From a virus (taxonomy: Duplodnaviria; Caudoviricetes): DNA of 64,000 nt. The translations under genes were made by a program, and so were the position numbers. Location of the stretch: IMG/VR virus record IMGVR_UViG_3300021368_000002, one strand, 5' to 3'. Below the pieces are notes generated by a model. It saw nothing but the letters and a program-made list of their open reading frames with translations, was not told where the DNA came from and ran no database searches. Below, one piece after another: positions 18,429-25,614 of this stretch (the stretch's first letter is position 1; the number at the start of each line of letters is the position of its first letter).

Positions 18429-18513
18429 AAACGAAACTTTTTGCTTGCATTGTGCAAATAGTTGTGTTATATTGTTTGTATAAATTAAATGTAACAGCAT
18501 AGAGGGTAATAAT

Positions 18514-18774
18514 ATGCAAAACACACAAACAAACAACTATGTATTTTTAGCAGCAGCAAACGCTGCTATTGTTGTAACTGTAAACAACAAAGTTGTTGCT
18601 ACAGACGTACAAACAGCAGACGCACTTGTGCAAGTGTTTTTAACACATAATATTAATGTACTAAAAGACACTATTATGTGTAGCAGCAGCATAGATTTTG
18701 CAGAAGAAGAGGGCTTTGCTAGTGACGCAAGTGCGCATAATATAATAGATGAAGCATTTGAAGCATTAGCATAG
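18514..18774 (+). CDS. Pro-free early protein
   Basis: TTGCAT promoter; GAGGG RBS. Confidence 0.8.
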   Translation: MQNTQTNNYVFLAAANAAIVVTVNNKVVATDVQTADALVQVFLTHNINVLKDTIMCSSSIDFAEEEGFASDASAHNIIDEAFEALA

Positions 18775-18879
18775 TACGCTAATACTTTAGTATAGCAAGC
18801 ACTATACAAAAAAGTGCTTGCTATTTTTATTTTTTGTGTTATATTAGTTGTATAAGTTAACAAGCATATGAGGGCTATT

Positions 18880-19149
18880 ATGCAAAATACAACAACAAAA
18901 ACCGCACGTAGCATTGTGCGTAACATCCTAAAGCAAAACAACGTAATGTATTCCTCACATAGTTATACAAACAAATGTGCAAATCCTGCGCTGCGTAATA
19001 TTTGCTTCCTCACTAAAAACTTAACTCCTGCTGTGCTGCAACAAATTGCTTCTTCGCTTAATGTTAGCAAAGTACACGCAACAAAGCCTAAGTTTTACAA
19101 TGTGCATCCGGATGCACGTTACCTACGCATTGTGCATTGCAAAATGTAA
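18880..19149 (+). CDS. basic early protein (one Asp, no Glu/Gly/Trp)
   Basis: TTGCTA promoter; GAGGG RBS; ATG 18880. Confidence 0.75.
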   Translation: MQNTTTKTARSIVRNILKQNNVMYSSHSYTNKCANPALRNICFLTKNLTPAVLQQIASSLNVSKVHATKPKFYNVHPDARYLRIVHCKM

Positions 19150-19222
19150 AAAAAACGGTTGACAAGTGTGTTTGTGTGTGCTACTATGTACACATAAACA
19201 CTAAAAAGCATAGGAGGGTTAT

Positions 19223-19414
19223 ATGCTTACACTTTGCAACAAAAAACTGCTGCGTGACGGCAGTTGCGTTTTTACAAACTTTAACTTTTACAACAAAGTA
19301 AAAGATGCAGACGGAGACGTGTGCTACTACTACGCAAACTTGCACTACAAAGGCACTACGCAAAAATGCAGTGTTAGTGTGCAAAACGGAAACGTAGTAG
19401 GTTGGCAAACGTAA
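19223..19414 (+). CDS. Pro-free early protein
   Basis: hairpin promoter 19159. Confidence 0.8.
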   Translation: MLTLCNKKLLRDGSCVFTNFNFYNKVKDADGDVCYYYANLHYKGTTQKCSVSVQNGNVVGWQT

Positions 19415-19498
19415 AAAGTTAAAAAAAATGCAAATTAGGGGTTGACAAACGGCTCCTCCTTTGCTATAGTGTATGTATAGTTAGAGAGCGAGGGCAAG

Positions 19499-19660
19499 AT
19501 GATACGTTTTATGACAGGACTTTTTGTAGTGATGGCAGCAGTAGGTACGCTAGAGGCGAACCACGAGGCGAGCTTGCTATGGTACGGAATGCTAGGCTTG
19601 GTTGGTTGTGCTGCAATGGCATGGCCGGTATGTGACGGAACACTGACAGGAGACGAATAA
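19499..19660 (+). CDS. 53-aa membrane protein
   Basis: promoter 19442; read by eye; two hydrophobic stretches. Confidence 0.65.
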   Translation: MIRFMTGLFVVMAAVGTLEANHEASLLWYGMLGLVGCAAMAWPVCDGTLTGDE

Positions 19661-19860
19661 TGGATTGGCGTGAGTATGCACTAGAGCAGGTAGAGATTGG
19701 AACCATCGATCCTGAGCTGCTGGCGACTTGTTTGCTGAAGTATATGTCGCAGGACGACATCCAGGACTGCCTGGACACGAACGAGCTGACCCCTCGTTTC
19801 GCTGACGATCCCAACTTCCCAGCTGAGAGCAGCGATGCAGATATTTGCCTAGTTTGGTAA
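19660..19860 (+). CDS. acidic hypothetical protein
   Basis: TAATG coupling; AGGAG RBS. Confidence 0.75.
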   Translation: MDWREYALEQVEIGTIDPELLATCLLKYMSQDDIQDCLDTNELTPRFADDPNFPAESSDADICLVW

Positions 19861-19933
19861 AAAAGTGGTTGACAGGTGTGTGGTTAGGCCATATACTGTA
19901 AGAGTAAGTTAAACAAAGCAGAGGGCTTTATAG

Positions 19934-20221
19934 ATGAAAACTTTTAGTGTAGCAGGAACTTCGCGTTTGAACGGTACGGTTAAGATTCGCTTTGCAAATG
20001 ACTTTGTAAGCCGTATGAAGGTGCTGTTTAAGAACGGACACGAAGACGTCGAGTTGATCGAACTTGGCGGTGAGTTTACTAAATCCGAAGTTTGCCAGAT
20101 CCTAATGGCACATCCTAACTTCCAATCGGAAGAACAACAAGCAGCGATTTACGAATATGTAATCCGCAACTGCCGTGACATTAAAACCGAAATAGAGGAG
20201 AAGATGCTACAAGAGGCATAA
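19934..20221 (+). CDS. early hypothetical protein
   Basis: promoter 19869. Confidence 0.85.
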   Translation: MKTFSVAGTSRLNGTVKIRFANDFVSRMKVLFKNGHEDVELIELGGEFTKSEVCQILMAHPNFQSEEQQAAIYEYVIRNCRDIKTEIEEKMLQEA

Positions 20222-20302
20222 GATCACCTCGGGCGAAGTACGGTGAAGCCTACTTCGAGATTGGTAGAGCGGTGGGGCTCCAATCACTTTTCGAATTTCA
20301 TA

Positions 20303-20379
20303 GGGCCATTAGCTCAATTGGTTAGAGCACCGGACTCATAATCCGTAGGTTGACAGTTCGAGTCTGTCATGGCCCACCA
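20303..20379 (+). tRNA. tRNA with CAT anticodon, most likely Ile2 (lysidine type)
   Basis: GGGCCAT/ATGGCCC acceptor, CT-CAT-AA loop, TTCGAGT T-loop, encoded CCA; paired G1:C72 argues against initiator. Confidence 0.88.
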
Positions 20380-20382
20380 GAA

Positions 20383-20459
<77 letters not shown>

Positions 20460-20464
20460 ATACC

Positions 20465-20549
20465 GCTCGCGTGGTGAAATAGGTAAACACAACGGACTTA
20501 AAATCCGTCGCCGATAGGCTTGCCGGTTCGATTCCGGCCGCGAGCACCA
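20465..20549 (+). tRNA. tRNA-Leu(TAA)
   Basis: GCTCGCG/CGCGAGC acceptor, ACGGA-CT-TAA-AA-TCCGT, long variable arm, CCA. Confidence 0.95.
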
Positions 20550-20631
20550 AAACTTTTTTTAAAAAAGAGGTTGACAACCGCACTAAAAGATCGTATAGTG
20601 TATGTATAAGTTAAGCAAGAGGGCAAACACA

Positions 20632-20820
20632 ATGATTAGAATTTTTAACTCAGCACTAGAAGGCGAGCGTTGGATTCCACTGGACGAGGTCAACATTGTA
20701 ACACAAGGCATCGATCCTGTGTTTTCATCACCTTACATTTTGTTTGAGCACAAAGACTATCCACTAGGTGCGCTGCGAGCTGAGTTTACAGACGGCCATT
20801 GGGCTGCGGATTTGAATTAA
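20632..20820 (+). CDS. early hypothetical protein
   Basis: promoter 20571; ATG 20632. Confidence 0.8.
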   Translation: MIRIFNSALEGERWIPLDEVNIVTQGIDPVFSSPYILFEHKDYPLGALRAEFTDGHWAADLN

Positions 20821-20889
20821 TTAGGGGTTGACATTCTAACGTTAGAGTGTATACTGTAAGAGTAAGTTAACAAAGGGCAAGAGGCGCAA

Positions 20890-21882
20890 ATGAATATCAT
20901 TATTAACGAAGGCACGTACAAGATACGAGGCAAAGACACTAGTGTAGCCGGTATGGTGTTTCCACTAGTAGAGGAATTTAAAATGGGTGCTGCAGGAGGT
21001 TACGTAACAGTCGACGGCAAGGCAGTCGCAGGCTTTCCAGATCGTAACATCAAGATCAAGGTGTCGGATGCGGATGCATACGAGTCAGTAGATGCTGCAC
21101 CTACGCAGAGAGAAGAGACCGACGAAGAGACCATTGAACGGTTGCGTGAACGATTTGAAATGCTCGAAGACATGACCCGAGCTGCTAAGAAAGGTGATGT
21201 GCGAGCAATGATCGTATCAGGACCTCCTGGTGTTGGTAAGTCGCACGGTGTAGAAAAAGTACTAGGCAAGCACGACTTGATTGCGCAGTTAGGCGATCGT
21301 CCTGCAAAGTACCAGGTGGTGAAAGGTGCTATGTCGCCCATCGGCCTCTACTGTAAACTGTTCAACTATGCCGACAAGGATAATGTATTGGTGTTCGACG
21401 ACTGTGACTCAATCTTCAGCGACGAACTATCGTTGAACATCCTCAAAGCAGCACTTGATTCGAAGAAGACACGTACCATCCATTGGAACACTGATTCATT
21501 CAAGCTACGTAACGAAGGCGTGCCGGATTCATTCGAGTTCAAAGGTTCAGCGATCTTTATCACGAACTTGAAGTTCGACAAGACCAAAGGCAAATTGCGT
21601 GAGCATCTAATGGCACTAGAAAGTCGTTGCCATTACATCGACCTTACGATTGATACCGAGCGAGAGAAGATGCTGCGTATCAAACAGATCGTCGGCGATG
21701 GTATGCTCCGTGAGTACAAGTTCGGTGAAGAACTACAGCAAGAGATCGTAGACTTCGTTGATATTAATAAGAAGCGACTAAGAGAACTGTCATTGCGTAC
21801 AGTACTAAAGGTCGCCGATTTGGCCAAGGCATTTCCTACCAAGTGGGAAGCCATGGCAGAGAACACTGTGATGAAGCGTTAA
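20890..21882 (+). CDS. P-loop AAA+-type ATPase with N-terminal extra domain
   Basis: Walker A GPPGVGKS; Walker B VLVFDDCD; FITN; ALESR. Confidence 0.88.
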   Translation: MNIIINEGTYKIRGKDTSVAGMVFPLVEEFKMGAAGGYVTVDGKAVAGFPDRNIKIKVSDADAYESVDAAPTQREETDEETIERLRERFEMLEDMTRAAKKGDVRAMIVSGPPGVGKSHGVEKVLGKHDLIAQLGDRPAKYQVVKGAMSPIGLYCKLFNYADKDNVLVFDDCDSIFSDELSLNILKAALDSKKTRTIHWNTDSFKLRNEGVPDSFEFKGSAIFITNLKFDKTKGKLREHLMALESRCHYIDLTIDTEREKMLRIKQIVGDGMLREYKFGEELQQEIVDFVDINKKRLRELSLRTVLKVADLAKAFPTKWEAMAENTVMKR

Positions 21883-21948
21883 GCCCTCAACGCTCACAGT
21901 GAGTACAGCATACGAGCAACAGCCCTCACGCTCTGCTGTACGTCCGTG

Positions 21949-21994
21949 GCCCGGGTTGAGCTCTATGCCCTCAGAGCTCCCCGGGCTTTTTTTT
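21949..21994 (+). terminator. intrinsic terminator
   Basis: GCCCGGG..GAGCTCT/AGAGCTC..CCCGGGC followed by a T run. Confidence 0.85.
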
Positions 21995-22064
21995 ACCAAA
22001 AGTGGTTGACATATGAGCACAGTGATCATATACTAATAATAAGAGTTAAGGAAACGAGGGTAAC

Positions 22065-22421
22065 ATGAAAAAATTCGCAATCAACACAACATCAAATCTT
22101 CTTTCAGCACTGGTTATTGCAGGCGCGATCTTTGTAGCACAACCTGCCAAAGCCGGTGACGACTTTGTGAAAGGACTGTTTGGTGTGCTGATACTTAATG
22201 AGATTCTAAACAACAACAGTTCGAACCACACACACTCTACGACGATTATCGATCGCCAGGTGTATAACGATCACGCTCGATCAATCCACAGCCGTTCAGA
22301 GACGATCCGTAGAGCAAGCCAACGAACTGTATGCTATTCGGAATACCGTGAAGCAACGAACGGCACGATCGTTCGTTACGATTACAACTGCCAAGGAAAT
22401 GTTCTTTCAGTAAGCAGATAG
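22065..22421 (+). CDS. secreted or membrane hypothetical protein
   Basis: signal-peptide-like N-terminus; promoter 22006. Confidence 0.8.
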   Translation: MKKFAINTTSNLLSALVIAGAIFVAQPAKAGDDFVKGLFGVLILNEILNNNSSNHTHSTTIIDRQVYNDHARSIHSRSETIRRASQRTVCYSEYREATNGTIVRYDYNCQGNVLSVSR

Positions 22422-22488
22422 GGGTTGACAGACACACAGTCAGATCATATACTGTAAGAGTAAGTTAAACAAAGAGAGGGCACACTCA

Positions 22489-22815
22489 ATGACACAAGTA
22501 GCAGTAATCCACACAGCATTCGAAGACACTCCCCGCACTGTAGCACTGGTAGACGCACCAGAAGGCACAGTAGAACAGCAGCTGGAGTATGCTTACCGTT
22601 GGACACAAAACATCATGGACAGTTGGTCAATGAAAGGTGAAGCCGATGGCAACGATCGAGTAACACTTATGGCTCCACTGTATGAAGATGAGAACGGTAA
22701 GCAATGGGGACACCGCAGCACAAGCATGGGAGATCATATGCTGCTAGGCACTACCAAGTACGTAGTATCAGCTGTCGGGTTTGAACAATTAGAGGTTGAC
22801 AGTGTAGCCAACTGA
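22489..22815 (+). CDS. early hypothetical protein
   Basis: promoter 22425. Confidence 0.85.
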   Translation: MTQVAVIHTAFEDTPRTVALVDAPEGTVEQQLEYAYRWTQNIMDSWSMKGEADGNDRVTLMAPLYEDENGKQWGHRSTSMGDHMLLGTTKYVVSAVGFEQLEVDSVAN

Positions 22816-22861
22816 GGCTATACTGTAAGAGTAAGTTAACAAAGCAAGAGGGCAATACGCT

Positions 22862-23200
22862 ATGAACTACACTGTAAACGATCTTAAAGTAATCCTAAAC
22901 AAAGCACAGGCAGCAGCAGAAGCAGCAGCCGATCAGTTCGAGAACGAATACTTTCCGAACGGTGGCTGGGGAGCGTGTGGCTTTGCTTGGGTAGACATTC
23001 CAGTAAAAGGCAACACCAAGTTGGGCCGTGCGCTTAAGGCAGCAGGTGTAAGCAAGCATTGGAAGTCGGGCTTCCAACTGTGGAACCCAAGCAAGTATCC
23101 TACACAGAACGTGGACACGCTAGAAGCAGGTGCACGAGCAGCAGCAAGAGTGCTGCAAGGCTACGACATTCCAGCTTACGCAGGCAGTCGACTAGACTAA
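22862..23200 (+). CDS. early hypothetical protein
   Basis: promoter 22796; GACGFAWV motif. Confidence 0.85.
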   Translation: MNYTVNDLKVILNKAQAAAEAAADQFENEYFPNGGWGACGFAWVDIPVKGNTKLGRALKAAGVSKHWKSGFQLWNPSKYPTQNVDTLEAGARAAARVLQGYDIPAYAGSRLD

Positions 23201-23252
23201 CAGTAGCAGTCCTAGACTGTTACACTCAACTGATAAATGAGGTTAGTAGAGA

Positions 23253-23281
23253 GGGAGTAGCGGAGACGCTGCTCCTTTTTT
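23253..23281 (+). terminator. intrinsic terminator ending the early region
   Basis: GGAGTAGCG-GAGA-CGCTGCTCC followed by T run. Confidence 0.8.
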
Positions 23282-23473
23282 CTTTTCAAAAAAAAATTTC
23301 TCGAGAGGTCGGGAGGTATATAAAATAAATTTTGTTCTTGCAGTTTAGCGTAGTAGTCCTTTCTAAAAAATGGGGTGATGCAAAATCACCACCCAGAAAC
23401 GATAAGTACTTCACCATAATTTTTTGCGCGACCAAATTTTTTCACTACAGGACCCATTTCGGATAAACACTGT

Positions 23474-23677
23474 ATGCAACATCAATACTGTGCTTATACT
23501 GAGGATCGCGAATCAATGCGTCTAGCATATAAGCTAATACAAGAACACAATCTAAAGTTTGAAGCTCACATTAATCGTACACGCTTTTGGGTAGACTCAG
23601 ACACAGAACTCAACACACTATGCGCTCTACGCTTTAAGTGTATAGATTCAGAAACCAATCATTCACTAGGTGTGTAG
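23474..23677 (+). CDS. hypothetical protein
   Basis: GATAAACA 4 nt upstream of ATG. Confidence 0.6.
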   Translation: MQHQYCAYTEDRESMRLAYKLIQEHNLKFEAHINRTRFWVDSDTELNTLCALRFKCIDSETNHSLGV

Positions 23678-23880
23678 CTAGTACGAGTGCAAACGAGTAC
23701 GTATTGAGCGTAGCTCAATATCAGAACCTCTTAACAATGAGGTAGCGTAGCTTACATCATAAATACTCTTGTGCGTACAGTGCTTACTCACAGTTTGAAC
23801 ACTTGTCACAGGTATGCTTTAGTGTAGCTACATACTACTTGCAAACTAGTTGACACGCTGTACGCACTATTTTATTAAAG

Positions 23881-24099
23881 ATGTATAAACTAAAACTCAT
23901 ATACGATCCAGAGCCAAGAACACAAACGCTCAAAGAGTCAGTTACATTCTGTGCTGCCAATGACTTGTATATATCGCATGGTATTGATGCTTGTCAATGT
24001 AGTGCGAGTGAACTACTGTTTGATACAGATAGGGATCGTATGTTTGCACTTATAGTATTGAGCGCAAGCAAATCATTTACTCCAGTAGCAGTAAAATAA
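23881..24099 (+). CDS. hypothetical protein
   Basis: ORF track only. Confidence 0.5.
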   Translation: MYKLKLIYDPEPRTQTLKESVTFCAANDLYISHGIDACQCSASELLFDTDRDRMFALIVLSASKSFTPVAVK

Positions 24100-24301
24100 A
24101 CACCATCTTTTAGTCAATCGCCATTTACGAATGGTTTTAGGGCTATACAAATGGTGTTGCTGCATGGTTGACTGGGAATTGTTTTTATAGTGTTGCCGAG
24201 TATCGTTGTACTGGCCTACAAATTTTTGCGTAAAACAGCTTCGCTGCTTGTTGAAAAATCGCGGAACCGCAAGCGGCTTTTGGGCTTCCGACCTTGCAGG
24301 C

Positions 24302-25606
24302 TTATTCGGCTTTGATCGCCATCCAGCGGATTGAACGTGGATCTGAAGTTGGAGGTGAATCTGTAAACGTAAATCCAGTTGAGTTGAATGTAGGACGGAA
24401 TGTTACGTTTTGCTGTTCTAGTTCGTTTCTCAGTGTGTGATGGAACTGTGTGCCACGCTGTGCATCGTATATGCGAATCTCGCCATCGTATGAGTCAATC
24501 GTAAATAGATACTGTGGTTCCCATCCCAGTGTTACAGTTACAGTACCAGCGGAGTTTGTGCAGTCAAATGAGCCGCCTCTTACAACACCTGAGCTTGCTG
24601 TGTCATGTGCAAATATGTATGCAACATAGTTATGGCTCAGTGCATTGGTTCTTGCGTTGTTGCCCACTAGTATTGATTCGTCAGTAAACAGTGTTCTGTT
24701 GGGGAATACCGTTGAGTCTGTTGCGTATCCTGTGGTGCCTGATTGGCGGTTTAGATCTTTGTACTGTAGATTGTCAAAGTTTCTATGCCATAGTGTGTTT
24801 CTTACTGTTTGGTTGTAGCACACAACGATCACCATTGACGGTTCTTCGCCTAGGTCGTGTGTGATTACTCTGTTGGCAGCGCCATTGCCTACCCAAGTCT
24901 GTACATCCATAAAACGCTGTGCTTTTTTGAATGTTGTGGCGATCATGTTCTCGCCGTCTGTTCGTGCGTGAGCACCTTGATCCGTGTTGTTTATGATCGG
25001 CGATGCTTCTATGTCGTAACCTGTAGCAAGGAACTGGCTTACACCTTGTGCATCTGCTTGTGCAGGACCTGTTTCTGTAGGTTGATAGAAGTTTGCACCC
25101 CATGCTGTTGAAAGCAACACAGCAGGTGCAGTTGAACTTGCGTCTTTGGTTAGCACAAAGCCCGTGTTGTTGGTTATGTCAACACCAGTTGCAATGGTTT
25201 GTGCTAGTAGTGTACCTGCGAATGTTCTGTTGTCAAACACGTTGCTCATTGTAGGAGCAGAGATTCCACTCAGCAGTTCACCTGTTGGTGTTTCAATTCC
25301 TGTTACCACACAACTGCAATCACCATAACTAACCCAGCCGACCAATCTATCTCCGTAGCCCATTACAACATTTGATTTTTCAAAAACACCCTTGGGAGGA
25401 ACTTCTGTGTCATATTCAATATATTCGCCTGTCACAGGATCGTTGCCTACAGTTTCTTTTGTAGTAGCAAGCCTAATAGCTTGTGTTTGGTTTGATCTGT
25501 TCACAAAGGAAACGTTCACAACTGAAAAATTTGCTTCTGGAGTTGCGTATAGGTCTGTTAGTGTGTTTCCTGCTAGGTTTTCTGCTGCTAGTCTTCCTGA
25601 TGCCAT
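24302..25606 (-). CDS. virion fibre or appendage protein
   Basis: WVGNGAANRVITHDLGEEPSMVIVV module typical of marine phage fibre proteins; N-terminus paralogous to next gene. Confidence 0.7.
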   Translation of the reverse strand: MASGRLAAENLAGNTLTDLYATPEANFSVVNVSFVNRSNQTQAIRLATTKETVGNDPVTGEYIEYDTEVPPKGVFEKSNVVMGYGDRLVGWVSYGDCSCVVTGIETPTGELLSGISAPTMSNVFDNRTFAGTLLAQTIATGVDITNNTGFVLTKDASSTAPAVLLSTAWGANFYQPTETGPAQADAQGVSQFLATGYDIEASPIINNTDQGAHARTDGENMIATTFKKAQRFMDVQTWVGNGAANRVITHDLGEEPSMVIVVCYNQTVRNTLWHRNFDNLQYKDLNRQSGTTGYATDSTVFPNRTLFTDESILVGNNARTNALSHNYVAYIFAHDTASSGVVRGGSFDCTNSAGTVTVTLGWEPQYLFTIDSYDGEIRIYDAQRGTQFHHTLRNELEQQNVTFRPTFNSTGFTFTDSPPTSDPRSIRWMAIKAE

Positions 25607-25614
25607 TTTAGTTC

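Larger units (their letters stand above)
16447..19453 (+). other. island almost devoid of TC and CC dinucleotides on the + strand
   Basis: no TC/CC in 16447-17609, 17693-18358, 18363-18901 and about 19125-19453 by direct reading. Confidence 0.92.

Noticed and set aside
17561-18941. Minus-strand Cys/Leu/Val-rich ORFs (17561-17782, 17556-17747, 18537-18941, 19184-19408)
   Set aside because: Shadow frames; loss of TC on + removes TGA stops on the minus strand and the biased composition lengthens spurious ORFs.
16849-19200. Repeat-spacer pattern resembling a CRISPR array
   Set aside because: Repeats are about 45-bp promoters with -35/-10/RBS, and the intervals are 250-1400 bp intact ORFs; no cas genes.
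16447-19453. YC depletion as simple low complexity, UV-dimer avoidance or assembly artefact
   Set aside because: TT and AA remain abundant on both strands; ORFs are open with proper RBS and promoters of the same family as the flanks; the depleted dinucleotide pair switches per gene.
20303-20379. Initiator tRNA-fMet
   Set aside because: G1:C72 is paired and the anticodon stem lacks three consecutive G:C pairs; Ile2 is more likely, though elongator Met is not excluded.
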